From: Octopus vulgaris
Lineage: Eukaryota
Direction of reading: 5' to 3'
DNA: 64,000 bases
Assembly (NCBI GenBank): GCA_951406725.2
Contig: OX597830.1
Location: 62,434,001-62,498,000 of the forward strand
Positions within the stretch are counted from its first letter, which is position 1. Every line of letters starts with the position of its first letter. The notes under the pieces are model-generated. The model was not told the DNA's origin, ran no database searches, and saw only the letters and a list, made by a program, of their open reading frames with translations. A program made the position numbers and the translations under genes. Positions 41,569-55,615 of this stretch are shown in pieces.

Positions 41569-41655
41569 TTAAATGGATTAAAAGTTTTTGATGAATACAT
41601 GTCAAAGGTGAATGCAGAATCTTTACAGAAATCCCAAAACCAAATGGTTCCAACA
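41569..41655 (+). CDS. RASGEF1B: RASGEF1-family exon F: LNGLKVFDEYMSKVNAESLQKSQNQMVPT
   Basis: Acceptor ttttctttag, donor gtgagt, 87 nt, phase 0/0. Aligns with the linker LAALSQYEEVLAKI. Confidence 0.82.
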
Positions 41656-42037
41656 GTGAGTATCCTATTTTATGGATTATTATTATTGTTATTATGATTA
41701 TTGTTTTTAGTAATCTTTTATAAGTCATGATTGGACAGTAAAAAATGGCTGCCACATACCCTCGCTGTCACAATTTACCCCTGTCCAATACACAATGTAC
41801 CCTCACTGGCAAACAATATACTCTGGCTACCATGTCATACCCCTGCTGTCTCAATATACCCTGGTTGATATACAAGACACCCTGGTTGTCACAATGTACC
41901 TCATCTAACATAAAACATAATCTGACTGTCAGAATATAATTTATATTTTAATAAAAATATGGTAACAAAAGAGTCAGAGGGAACTAAATTGAAACCATTC
42001 ATCAAAATTTTATCTTAATTTATTTTCCAACACCATC

Positions 42038-42266
42038 TTGACCCTTTTGTTACCGTATTTATTTTGAGATGCTCTGTGCTTCTTTCAATTACTTTAAATA
42101 TAACAAAGAATTTAGCAAAAATAATTTAGTTATCATTCAGCTAGTGTTAGGAACATAAATTGTGACTAAGGTTTGGTGGAAGATCTTAATTCAGAACTTT
42201 TGAAAACAAGGCATTTGTACTCAGAGCCAGAGCCAGTTTCAGCCAGGTTGGTAACAAAAGGGTTAA
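42038..42266. mobile_element. piggyBac-like MITE
   Basis: TIRs cccttttgttacc / ggtaacaaaaggg flanked by ttga and ttaa; relatives at 43287-43430 and 56798-57075. Confidence 0.7.
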
Positions 42267-43435
42267 TAATGACAAACTTATTTGACTAAATTTTTCATTA
42301 TTTCCAATATTAATTGAAAGAAACACAATGTGCTTCAACAGGAATATGATAACAAAATGGTTAAAATTATCTAAATTTAAACGTTTCATCAAAATTTGTT
42401 GTTAATTCACGAAATACGATAACAAAAAGGTTGATAATGACCAAACCATTTTACTAAATTCTTCATTAATTTCGAAATTAACTGAAACAAAGATGGTGTG
42501 TTTCAATAAAAATGTGGTAAATGAAGGGGTTAATGATAGAACTTCCATACTAAAACAATTGGTATAAAAACATATTAGCCATTCAAAAACACATAAAAAC
42601 GGTTAATTTCATTAAAATATTTATTATACCAAGTACAACCAGGCCACTAATATGATTCCACTGCAACTAAATTCTTTGTTATTTCCAAAATTAATTGAAT
42701 CAAAAGCAGTGCATTTCAACAGAAATATGGTAATTAAAGGGTTGATAACGACCAAACTATTTTACTAAATTCTTTATTATTTCCAAAATGAATCAAAACA
42801 AAAGCAGTTTTTTTTCAAGAGAAATTTGGTAACGAAAGGGTTAATTCCTCATTTGTGTAGCTTCACCAACTGCATGGTACTGCAGCAGCGGTGCAGTATA
42901 GTGCATCAATGTTTATCCCAGCAGAACTTCTAATTGGTGCTTTACAATCAAATTTCTGTCTATAACACAGCTTGTGTTTATTTATAGATATTTACTACTG
43001 CTGTTTACACCATCATCATCAGTAACAGCAGCATCAATAGCAGCCACCACCACCACTACTACTGTAGCTGATGTCAGAGTATGCCTGTCACATGTTTATC
43101 CAAGGGAGACGTGTTTATTTATATTTGCCACCATTTCCTTGCTTCCCCACTGCTCCATGTAGGAATACAGACCCAGTAGTCAGCCAGTCTGTTGTAAATA
43201 TCAATTATGAAAGCTGTTTCTGAGAGCTGAGACAAACCAGAGCTCTGAATTAAATATAGTTATAGTGATCTTTCCTGGGTTTCAAATTAACCCGTTTGCT
43301 ACTATATTTTTTGTTGAAATTCACTGCCTTTGATTCAATTAATTTTGAAAATAACGAAGGATTCACCAATATTAATTATCATCCTTATTAATTAAGCAAA
43401 TAAATGAAACAAATTAACGTGAAATTTTTATGGAT

Positions 43436-43660
43436 ACTCTTTTACTTGTTTCAGTCATTTGACTGTGGCCATGCTGGAGCACCACCTTTTTACTCGAGCA
43501 AATTGACCCCGGGTGTTATTCTTTGTAAGCCTAGTACTTATTCTGTCGGTCTCTTTCGTCGAACCGCTAAGTTACGGGGACGTAAACACACCAGCATCGG
43601 TTGTCAAGTGATGTTGGGGGGACAAACACAGACACACAAACATATACACACACACACACA

Positions 43661-43702
<42 letters not shown>

Positions 43703-43880
43703 CACACATATACATATATACGAATACGACAGGCTTCTTTCAGTTTCCGCCTACCAAATCCACTCACAAGGCTTTGGTCGGCCCGAGGCTATAGTAGAAG
43801 ACACTTGCCCAAAGTGCCACGCAGTGGGACTGAACCCAGAACCATGTGGTTGGGAAGCAAGCTACTTACCACACAGCCAC
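43436..43880 (-). mobile_element. SINE-A, minus strand, CpG-rich
   Basis: Near full length; other minus-strand copies at 32822-33210, 50372-50752, 63165-63535. Confidence 0.88.
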
Positions 43881-45198
43881 TTTTTTTTTTTTTGTCTTTA
43901 GATCACTTTAAAATAGATAATTTGTATCTCAGAATCGGTGCATTCCTTGTTAGGTTAATATCAAAACAGCCAAACCCTCTGCATCCACATTTTCCTTTTT
44001 ATAACGAATCCAGAATCGGTGAAGTAAAGCGATGCCAAGTTTGATTCCGCTAACTACACTATACTCTCCCCACCACCTCTTATATATATTGGTCTTCTGC
44101 CTAGTCCAGAGAGATAATTATCAATTTATCAAGTGCAGCAATTTTGCATCTATTGTACACATCAGTTGATTCTAACGCACCATATTAACTCTATTATTTT
44201 CCATCAGCAGGACCTTATTGGCATTTCTTTCTATGCTATATATATATATACTTTATAGCTCTTTTGGTTTTGCTTTTTTTTTTCCTTTACTCAGTTTCCA
44301 TCTGGTCCCCCCCCACCACACACACACACACACACAAACTATCTCTGTGTAATGTCCTTCACATTCCATGCCACTGTGGAAAAAGAAATTATCATTATCA
44401 TAATCATCATCATCGTTATTATTATTATCATTGTTATTATTATCAGTATCATCATTATTATTATTATCATCATCCTCATCATTATTATTAGTAGTAGTAG
44501 TAGTCGTGGTGGTGGTAGTAGTAGTAGTATCATCATCGTTGTTGTTGTTACTAAGGCACTGAGCTGGCAGAATTGTTAGCACATCAGACAAAATGCTTAG
44601 CAGCATTTCTTCCAGCGCTTTACATTCTGAGTTCAAATTCCACCAAGGTTGACTTAGCCTTTCATCCTTTCTGGGTAGATAAAACAAGTACCAGTAGAGA
44701 ACTGGGCTTGTTGAAATAAACCTGCCACCTTTCTCAAATTTCAGGTCTTGTTCCTTTCAGAGAAATTATTATTATTATTATTATTATTATTATTTGTTTG
44801 CTGTTATGTTCTGAGTTCAAATTCCGCTGAGTTCGACTTTACCTTTCATCCTTTCAGGGTCGATTAAATAAGTACCAGTTAATCACTGGGGTCGATGTAA
44901 TCGACTTAATCCCCTTGTCTGTCCTTATTTGTTCCTTCTATGTTTAGCCCCCTGTGGGCAATAAAGAAATAAAAATTATTATTATTATTATTACTATTAT
45001 CATTATTGTATTTTCCCCATTGCTGCGTTCTGAGTTGAAATTCCACCGAGGTCAACTTAGCCTTTCATCCTGTCAGTGTTGATGAAATTAAGTACCAGTC
45101 AAGTACTGGGGTCAATGTGATCAACTGTCCCTCCTTACCACAAATTCCAGGCCTAGCACCTATAATAGAAAGAATTATTATTATTATTATTATTATTG

Positions 45199-45560
45199 AG
45201 TGAGAAAGCAGTTCATGCCATCAAAGTGACACTGGGGTAAAATATACAAAGCCCAATATACCCATCATGACTACCTGTCTGATAAGGGTACACCAGGCAC
45301 ATGCATCACAACCATATGTGCGCGACATGGTGATCTCATATCAAGATAAACAGCACATGACCTTGCAGGTGGGGCCCAGTTAGAATCTTCTTCTGGTTGA
45401 GTAGCCCATCCCGCTCAAATGTCCCTGAATAAGGGTTGTTTAAGGATGTTGAAAGAACCACCCATGTTTCCAGAGGTGAATTATTCAAACCCCAAAGAAT
45501 CCCTCTCAACACATGGCTATGATGCTCCCCCATTACTTCTGCTCATGATCAGAGATGCAC
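45199..45560 (-). mobile_element. ~360 bp apparently non-coding element embedded in (TAA)n
   Basis: Complex sequence bounded sharply by (TTA)n on both sides; strand inferred from the assumed (AAT)n tail. Confidence 0.5.
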
Positions 45561-45580
45561 TATTATTATTATTATTATTA

Positions 45581-45620
<40 letters not shown>

Positions 45621-46943
45621 CTAAGACAGTGAGCCAGACAAAATGCATTGCAGTTGTTTGTCCATCTTTATGTTCTGAATTCAATTGCTGCCTAGATTGA
45701 CTTATCCTTTCATCCTTTTAAGGTTGATAAAATAAGTACCAGTTGAGTACTGGGGTTGATGTAATCTAGTAGCCCCATCACCAAAAACTTTGAGGCTTAT
45801 AGGGGTGGCTGTGTGGTAAGTAGCTTGCTTCCCAGTCACATAGTTCCGGGTTCAGTCCCACTGCATGGCACCTTGGGCAAGTGTCTTCTACTTTAGCCTC
45901 GGGCCGGCCAAAGCCTTGTGAGTCGATTTGGTAGGCGGAAGCTGAAAGAAGCCCATCATTGTATGTATTTGTGTCTAAGTTTGTCCCTCCTACCATCACT
46001 TGACAACCAATGTTGGTGTGTTTACGTCCCTGTAACTTAGCGGTTCAGCAAAAGAGACTGATAGAATAAGTACTAGGCTTACAAAGAATAAGTCCTGGAG
46101 TTGATTTGTTCAACTAAAGGCGATGCTACAGCATGGCCATAGTCAAATGACTGAAACAAGTAAAAGAATAATAGAAAGGATTATTATTATCCTCTTTGGA
46201 CGAGCAACTCTTATTTAAATGGCAACTTAATCTGTTGCTGTTGCATGTCCTCCATCCCCCACCCTTTGTACTCACCCACCTCCCTCGTCCCCACCCACCT
46301 CCCTCGTCCCATTCAATATGTAGTTCTCTTTCTCCCATTAGCTCATATAGTTTATCTATTATTGATCTGGCTATCTCCGTGGCACGTGAGTGAACCAATT
46401 TTTATTGGCGATAAACAAACTGAGGCAGAAGATGTTGCTAGAATTCTCTTCATCCTTCTCCGTCTTCTCCTGCTTCCATCTCCCTTCCGCCACCACCACC
46501 TCCACCTCCACCACTATCGTTTCTGTTTCCTTCCGGAAGCTTCTGTTTTCTGTCTTTCTCTTTTAGTGATGCTGAATTTTCTTCTCCTTTATATAAATCA
46601 AAGATGTCCATTATCTGGTAAACATTTTTATTAATTCCAAAGGTGACATAGATGTGAGTTTGTGATGTTCATGCTGCTCTCAATAATGCCAGTAATATTC
46701 AATTCAAATTTTGGCACAAGGCCTGCAATTTCAGGGAAGGAATATGTCAATTACATCAACCCCAGTATTTAACTGGTTTTTATTTTATCAAGCCCAAAAG
46801 GATGAAAGGCTAAGTCAACCTTGGCAGGATTTTGAAAGCAGAGCACAAAGACAAATGAAATACCATTAAGCAGAGCCACACCCGAGAGTGTCTTGCACGT
46901 ATCTTTGTATATATATATATGTGTGTGTATACATGCACACATG

Positions 46944-47286
46944 AGGAGCAGACCCCCTTCGATCATGACTGACCATGGGATTGCACCTAGAAAGTTACCC
47001 TCCGAGATACAAGTCCGGGCAAGGTTGTTTGTGGAAGACCAGCAATCGCCCATGCATACCAGCCTCCCCTCTCCACACCACTGATGTTATCCAAGGGAAA
47101 GGTAAAGGGTCCGATACAGCTTGGCACCTGTGACGTCGCAACTTATTTCTACAGCTGAGTGAACTGGAACAACATGAAATAAGGTGTCTTGCTCAAGAAC
47201 ACAACATGCAGCCCGGGCTTGGAATCGAACTCACAACCCCATGATTGTAAGCTCGACGCTCTAACCACTGAGCCATGCGCCTTCAC
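46944..47286 (-). mobile_element. tRNA-derived SINE, head E
   Basis: tggctcagtggttagagc...gagttcgattcc, then tgtgttcttgagcaagacac; relatives at 22935-23140, 47511-47815, 54902-55195. Confidence 0.8.
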
Positions 47287-47817
47287 ATACACACATATAT
47301 GTGCATATAATAGTATAAAAGCTCCTGGTTGTGCACACCTATAGAGAATTTCATATTCAAGAACCTCAATAATTTCACAGACAGTGTGTATTCACTCACA
47401 AGGTATTAGTCAGCCCCAGGTTACAGTATATGATTCTTACCCACAGTGACATGCAGTGAAATTGAACCTCAAATCCTATGGTCGAGAAGTGTAATTTTTA
47501 ACCACAGTGTGTGAAGGCACATAGCTTAATGGTTAGGGCATGCTGCTCACGATTGTAAGGTAGTGAGTTCAATTCCTAGCAACGTATTGTGTCCTTGAGC
47601 AAAACACTTTATTCCACGTTGCTCCAGTTCACTCGGCTGGCAAAAATGAGTAGTACCTGTTTTTCAAAAGGCCAGCCTTGTCACATTCCGTGTCATGCTG
47701 AATCTCCCTGAGAAGTATGTGAAGGTGTACACATGTCTGTGGAGTGCTCAGCCACTTCACGTTAATTTCATGAGCAAGCTGTTCTATTGATCGTATCAGC
47801 TGGGACCCTTGTCGTAT

Positions 47818-48018
47818 TGAAAAGTTCCTGGTTTTAAAGGTATCAAAAAAGGCCTGGTTGGAGGCCCAAACTTCCTTTCCAAGACTTAGGAAAACTGAAG
47901 GACCACTGCAATAAGTGTGTGAATCTGAGAGGGGAATATGTTGAATAAAATCATAATTAACTGATCCTCCTGTATTTTCTTTTACCCAAAGCCAGGAACT
48001 TTTCAGCACCCCCTCATA
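47818..48018 (+). mobile_element. mariner-derived MITE retaining the transposase C-terminus
   Basis: LGKLKDHCNKCVNLRGEYVE*; TIR tgaaaagttcctgg / ccaggaacttttcagcaccccctca-ta (left end clipped by a SINE). Confidence 0.7.
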
Positions 48019-51000
48019 CACACTGACAAACACACACGCAAAACACAGACATGTGTACATGCACACAGAAAGATCTGTTGAAGCAATTGAAGGAGCCGCT
48101 CTGGGTGGATATTGTTGAGAAATTGGCCTTGAGACATCTGTGAGTTAAAAAAGAAAATGAGAAATACAGGGGAAGGATGTGGGGAGTGACCTGATAGAGG
48201 GGAGGGTGAAAGGGTGTGTTTTGAGAGACAGAGAGAGACAGAGAGAGTACAGTGAAAGATGAATCTAGAGGGAGAAAAGGAAGGGATATAGGTGGAGAGT
48301 AAGTGTGTTTGGTTCAGGCTAGAGAGAGGGGGAGAATGTAGAACATAGAAAGAGTGAGAAAGATAGAGAGGGTGGCTATATAGGGGAATAAAGTCTTAGA
48401 GAGAGACAGACGTGGAGAAAGAGAGAGAAAGGCAGCGTGTGTGTACATGTACAAAATAAAAGAGATGACTTAGAGAGACAGATAAACAGAAAGAGAGAAG
48501 ATAAACAATAAAAGAAAAAAAAAATGACTTGCAACTATAAATGTAAAGTAAACAAGAGATAAAGAATAAAATTAAAAAAATATATCAAACAGGAGAAAAA
48601 TTAAAGAAACAACATTTGTTTCAATTATATAATAATAATAAATTAAATTTCCTTTTTGCTCCTCTTTCTTACATTACAGGATATTGGTGTGGTTTTTTGT
48701 TGGTTTATATGTTTGTTAAGTAAGAGAACTTAAGTGTAACCAAACCTTTGTTGTCACAAGATAGACTATATTTAGACTATATCAGTGTGTGTCTTGTGTT
48801 ATGCACACATATATTACATATACACACCATGCCAGCATGAAAGGCAGACATTAAACGATGATGATGATGATACACCCATTCACACACATATATATATATA
48901 TATATGTTACATGGACAATAGGGAAGGGTGTTTCAAACAACAACAATAGCAAGAAGATTACTGATGACTACTGCAATAACTACTATCAAATGTTAAGAAA
49001 AAAATTAATAAGTCAGCAACATTCTGCTTCAAATCTTCAAATAATTTACTTGAGACATTGTAACCAACAAAGCTAGGGCAAAGTAAAATGTTTATCTGCT
49101 GTTTCTCATGTGAACTAGCTTACAATAATAATAATAATAATAATTCTTTCTACTATAGGCATAATGCTTGAAATTTTGTTGGGAGTGGAGCTAGTTGATT
49201 ACAAGCTCCACTTGATTACAAGCTGGTACTTATATAGTTTATTGACCCAGGCAAAGTAGGCCTCAGCAGAATTTGAACCCAGAATGCCTAAACCTGGAAA
49301 AATATCGATAAATATTTTGTCCAGCTTGCTGACAATACTGTCAGGTCACTGCCTTAATAATAATAATCCTTTCTACAGAAGGCACAAGGCCTTGAAATTT
49401 AGGTGGTAGGGACTAGTCAATTACATCAACCCCAGTGTTTTACTGGTACTTAGTTTATCGACTCCAAAAGGATGAAAGGCAAAGTCACCCTCAGCAGAAT
49501 TTGAACTCAGAACATAAAGATGGATGAAATACTGCTAAGCATTTTGCCCGGTACGATAACGATTCTGCCAACTTGCTGCCTTAATAGAGATATTTAATAG
49601 AGATAATCCCATCCTTAATCTGTGGGATTGTATGTTGTAAATCATGTGACTGACTCATAATGGTTTCATAAATCTTATGTCAGTTTGGTGATTTCATATT
49701 CTGTATCTTCCTTTCATCAGATAACGTTGGACATCTACATGTTCGTTAAGATTATCTAATATCCTCTGGTTAGTCATCCATTTAAACATACATGCATACA
49801 TACACACACACACACACACATGTATTTGTACGTACACAAATACATACACACACACATAAATATCTATATACATACACATACATGTGCAAATACATATACA
49901 CATAAATACATAGATATATATATATACACACATATACACATATAGATATACATACACATACATAGATATATACACACACAACCACACAGACACACACATA
50001 AATATCTATAATCACACATATATAGATACATATAATCATACATACACATACATCTGCAAATACATATAGACATAAACACGTAGGTATATATACATACACA
50101 CATATACACAACCTATTACATTGTAATCATGATAAAATCATTATTAAAGACCACTGGTGAAATTAATTACTTTGCTAATTACTAAGATTGAGTCATGAAA
50201 GTAATTACAACAAATACAGGAAAGGAAGAGGTGGGGCTGATGATGTGGAGTCAGAAGATGTCTTGACTCTTCCGTGGCTTTATTTATACTAAGATACTAC
50301 TTATCGTATTCCGTTAATGTTTAATATAACCACAATTCTAAAATCTTGGTTATATTGAACAGGTAAGGGTTACTCTTTTACCTCTTTCGGTCATGTGACA
50401 GTGGCCAAGCTGGAGCACTGCCTTTAGTCGAGCAAATCAACCTCAGGACTTATTCTTTGTAAGCCTAGTACTTATTCTATTGGTCTCTTTTGCCGAACTG
50501 GTAAGTTACGGGCATGTAAACACACCAACATCAGTTGTCAAGCGATGGTGGGGGTAGACAAACAAGGGGACAAACACACACACACACACATGACAAGCTT
50601 CTTTCAGTTTCCATTTAACAAATCCACTCACAAGACTTTGGTTGGGCCGAAGCTATAGTAGAAGACGCTTGCCCAAGGTGCCATACAGTGGGACTGAACC
50701 TGGAACCATGTGGTTGGTAAGCAACTACTTACCACACAGCCACTCCTGCGCTTATATATATGTATATATATGGCAGGTTTCTTTCAGTTTTCATTTACCA
50801 AATCCACTCGCATGGCTTTAGTTAACCTGGGGCTATATTAGGAGACATTTGCCCTAGATGCCATACAGTGGAACTGAACCCAAGACCACATAGTTAAGAA
50901 GAAAATCTCTAAACCACATAATTAACAAAATCTGAAATTAAGTCCAAAGATTAAATCAGATCACTGATGCTAACGAGGTAATAACATTGACACCACAACT

Positions 51001-53085
51001 TAATGTCAAGTTCTATGACACACATCATCGATAATCAGGTTTAACAGGTGTATCTGTATCTGAGAACAGGTGGCGTTAAGGTCTTTAAATAGGAATAACT
51101 GTAATGTGAGAGTGGCATAACTGTTTGTTGACCTTTATGTGAAAGGTCAGCACTTGATATTACATCATTGGAACAGTATTGTAAGGCCTTGGTAAAACCA
51201 ATTCTTGATGGTTTGTTTCACAGACCAGTAAATAAGTACAATGAAGAGGCTCAGCTTACCAATATCACCAGCATATGTTGTTCTCATTATTGTTGTTGTT
51301 CTTTTTCTTGTTCTTGTTTAACTCCAGTTCGATCCTAATCATAGGGAATCCAGCTGTGACCATCCTCTCATGCTAAAGTTATCTAGAAATACATTTAATG
51401 TAATTCTGGATACCAACTTCTTTCTCCTGACCATAAGGGATCCAAATGTGACCATCCTGCCTTTGAACATGTATTTAGAATTACCTTGTCTAATGTAATG
51501 TTAAATACATCTATAAAGACAGGACAGTCACAATTGGATTTCCTACATAATTCTAGATACTACAAACTCTCTTTTTTCCTCCTCCTCCTCATAAGGATTC
51601 CTACTGTGGCTATCCTGCCTTTGTAGAGATATCTAGAATTACATTACCTAATGTAAATACTACATACTTCTTATAAGGACAGGATGGTCACATTTGGATT
51701 CTTTATGTAATCATAGATACTGCATACCCTCTTTTCTTTCTCCTCCTTACCCTGGTTCATCTCTGCAATTACCCTCTCTTTTACCTACACTGTAGGTCAT
51801 GTTAGGGCAACATCGAGCAGTCAAGACCCCTTTCTATTTCCCAAGACAAAGGAAACTGCAGTAGTGCACCCAATAAAATGGATGACAAATGAGCTGAAAT
51901 ATCTGGCTCAGTCCAAACATCTGACTCAGGTCACAACTTCCGACTTAACTAATTTCATGTTGCTGTGCTGGAGAGCCATCACCTACATTACTGAGTGGCC
52001 TAAGATACCTCTAATGTCACAGTGAAAGGGACCAAAATATATACAGAGCTACTTCACTGCCTGATGAGAACTTCAACTCCTGCATTCAAAGACTGGGTAT
52101 GGGAGCACCCTCATCAAATAAGTGTTTAGCCCAAGCATATTCAGGATTGCTAAATTAAAGTACAACTTGTATAAACTGCTGTCCGTTTATTTGATTCCAC
52201 CATTTTCACACACATCCATCTACACTCACTGACACAATTCTGTTTAATCAATAACAATTTATTGACTTATTCTTCAGTTCTTGAGCTAACATATGCTACA
52301 ATTTATTTAGTCAACCAACAACATTAATACTCTAAACTCCATCCAACAGAATCATCACTAACACCTTATCCACAGTTACTAATATATGACCTGCTCAAAT
52401 TACCCCCAAGGTCAGCTTTGTCTTTCATTCCTTCAGGGTCGATAAAATAAGTACCAGTTGTATACTGAGGTTGATGTAATCGACTTACTCCCTCCCGTGA
52501 AATTGCTGGCCTTGTGCCAAAAATTAGAAATCACTATATGACCATACTTAATTTTACAACCTATATGTTTCTCTTTAAAATCTCTACAACATACCAATCC
52601 TTCTACCACTTTCTCCCATTCCCACTGTCTCACACACTTCTTTACTCCTCCTCTCTCCCTCTTTCTCCCGACTCTCTCTTTCCTCTACCTCTCCTTTTTC
52701 TATTCTTCCCCCTCGCTTCCTAACCCCCTCTCTCTCTCTCCTTTCCCCACTTTCTCCTTTCTCTGTCTCTTCTTTCCTCCCCCATCTCTCTTAGTGTCTT
52801 TTTCTCCTTCATTTCCTCTCCATATTCTTCCATTTTCTCTTTGTTTCCTTTCTCTCTCTCTGTTTCCTTTCTCTCTCTCTCTTTTCTCTCCCTCCCTCTC
52901 TTGTCTCTCCCTCCCTCTCTCTTGTCTCACTCTCCCTCTCTCTTGTCTCTCTCCCTCTTCCTCTCTCTTGTCTCTCTCCCTCTCTCTCTCTCTCATTCTC
53001 TAATTAGATTTTCAGTCAGGAATATGTACTTTTTTCATTATTGTTATTCTTTTTTCCTTTTAATGAGTTCATAAAACTGTTGTTT

Positions 53086-53128
<43 letters not shown>

Positions 53129-53380
53129 CCATCACCATCATCATCATCATCATCATCACCATCATCGTCGTCATCAAATGTTTAATTTTAAACCTATTTC
53201 CCCATTTTCAACAAATGGTTTTAATCATTCGCTTTATGAATCTTACTTTTTCATCTTTTATTTGTTTCCTTTTTTTTACTATCTGTTATGTGTGTGTGTG
53301 TGAATATATATTTGTGCATGTGTATGTATGTATATGTGTGTATATATGTGTGTGCGTATATGTGTCTATATATATATGTG

Positions 53381-53454
<74 letters not shown>

Positions 53455-54155
53455 TGTGTGTGTGTGTGTATGTACATGTACATGTGTGTGTGTGTATGTA
53501 TGTATGTATGTACATGTGTGTGTGTGTATGTATGTACATGTGTGTGTGTATGTATGTATGTACATGTGTGTGTGTGTATGTATGTATGTACATGTGTGTG
53601 TGTGTATGTATGTATGTACATGTGTGTGTGTGTATGTATGTATGTATGTACATGTGTGTGTGTATGTAATGTATGTTTGTGTATATGAGAGTATGCATGT
53701 ATACAACCTGTGATAGGGGAAGGGTGCGTGTTTAAAAGCCAGCTGTCAACCATGTAAACTGTGTGGCTGAGTAGCATGTACCATGCTCTCACTAATTGTT
53801 ATAGGTGCCTGTGTAATCACAGCTGACTTAGACACCCTCTCTCCTTTGAACCAATGACACCTCCAGGATGTGACAGAGAGAGAGAGCTGTACCAGCACTC
53901 AGCTGGTACTCATTTTTAGCTAAGTAGACTGGAGTAACGTGAAATATCTTGTTCAAGGGCACAGTGTCTGCCTAGTTCAGAAATTGAACCCATGATGTTT
54001 TGATTGAGACCCAGACACCCTGATTACTTACCCATGCACCTGCACACACTCACATACACATATATTTGCTTAAATATATATGTATGCATATGTATACATA
54101 CATGCATTTATGTCTGTGTGTGCATGTGTATATATTATATATATATATTTATAAA

Positions 54156-54655
54156 TATTAGGTTGAGGGAAAAGTTTGTGTGTTATGTTAAAATAATGAT
54201 TTTTTATGCAAGAATTTATTAAAAAACAACAACAACTATTCTTCAAAATGAAGGGCATTATGTTCCATGACCTTCTGCCAATAATCTGCAAGTTTTCGGA
54301 TTTGGTTAAAATACCAATCCTTCAGCTTTGAATCGAATAATTCTTGATAGGCTTCTTCAACTTCATTGAGTGACTCAAATTGGTGACCTTTCATAAAGTG
54401 ATGCATTGATAGTCAGATGGAGCAACATCTGGACCATAGGCTGGATGCGGCAGAACTTCTACACCGTCCAATTCTTCAATCTTGTTGCTGACCTTTCTGG
54501 CAGTATGCGATTTTGCATTGTCTTGTTGAAACGAAACATGTTTTTGACAAATACAGTGAGTCACCATTGAACACGACATGAACTGAATGAACACACACAC
54601 ACCACAAAAATATATTATTTTAACACGGCACACAAACTTTTTCCTCAACTTAATA
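54156..54655 (-). mobile_element. Internally deleted mariner (DD34D) transposon
   Basis: TA-flanked TIRs ttaggttgagggaaaagtttgtgtg / cacacaaactttttcctcaacttaa; minus strand FQQDNAKSHTA...LPHPAYGPDVAPSDY, frameshift, then MHHFMKGHQFESLNEVEE...KLADYWQKVMEHNALHFEE*. Confidence 0.92.
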
Positions 54656-55194
54656 TTTGTGTGTGTATGTGCTTTGTAGTATTTGCTCTAGATCTTTACA
54701 TTTCGAGTTCAAATTCTGCTGAAGTCAACTTTGCCTTTTGCCCTTTCGAGACTTGATAAAATAAGTACCGGTCAAATAGTGCGGCCGATGTTACTGGCTT
54801 CTCCCTCCCATCAAAATCTGCTGGCTCTGTACCAAAACTTGTAACCATTATTATTAGTAGTAGTAGTTGTAGTAGTAGTATGCTATGACATTCTACTTTG
54901 TGAAGGCACATGGTCTAGTGGTTACGGTGGTTTACTCGCAATCACTAGATCATTAGTTCAATTTCTAGGCCGGCAGCACATTGTATTCTTGAGCAAGACA
55001 CTTCATTTCACACTCTTCCTCTCCACTCAACTGTAAATGGGCACACCCTCTGATGGACTAGCCTTCCAATCAGGTTCATGTTGGCCTGCTCGCCTAGCCA
55101 GTGGGGTAGCATTATTTGAAAGCTAAAACAGTGAAGTGCATTGTGACCAGTGATGTATAACAACATCCAATAGTTTGGTTGATCATGTAATCAC

Positions 55195-55615
55195 ATGCTA
55201 CTTTATCTTGTGGTTTGGTGACCAGTCTCCTCAAATCACAAGAATCTTCCTCAGAAAATAGAATGGTACTTTTCTGCAGGTTGACAATGCAAGTTTCATT
55301 TCCAACTTCTTTCAGTCTTTTAGATAGGATTTTGGGTGTGGTGCCAAGTTCACCAATTACTGCAGGAATAATTGTTGTCTTGGTCTTCCACAGTCTCTTC
55401 AGCACTCTGGCTCAATCCCAATATTTCTCACTTCTTCAATTTCTTTGGTATTGACTCTGCTATCATAGGGAATTGCAAAAATCTTTAACTTTATAACCAT
55501 ATCTGGTCTTCTTGTTCAATAGAATGGTCACCTTTATGGAGAAGTCCTACAAGATCTTGTAATTCTAATTTTCTATCACAGTATCTGGTTCCTGTTTATA
55601 CCACTTTTCTGTTAT
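55195..55615 (-). mobile_element. R4/Dong-type endonuclease relic, same family as 40815-41240
   Basis: EKWYKQEPDTVIEN*NYKIL*DF...LKRLWKTKTTIIPAVIGELGTTPK. Confidence 0.82.

Noticed and set aside
51215-51290. Extra exon after tttcacag in the F-G intron
   Set aside because: The phase-0 frame stops at codon 4, with no good donor or homology.
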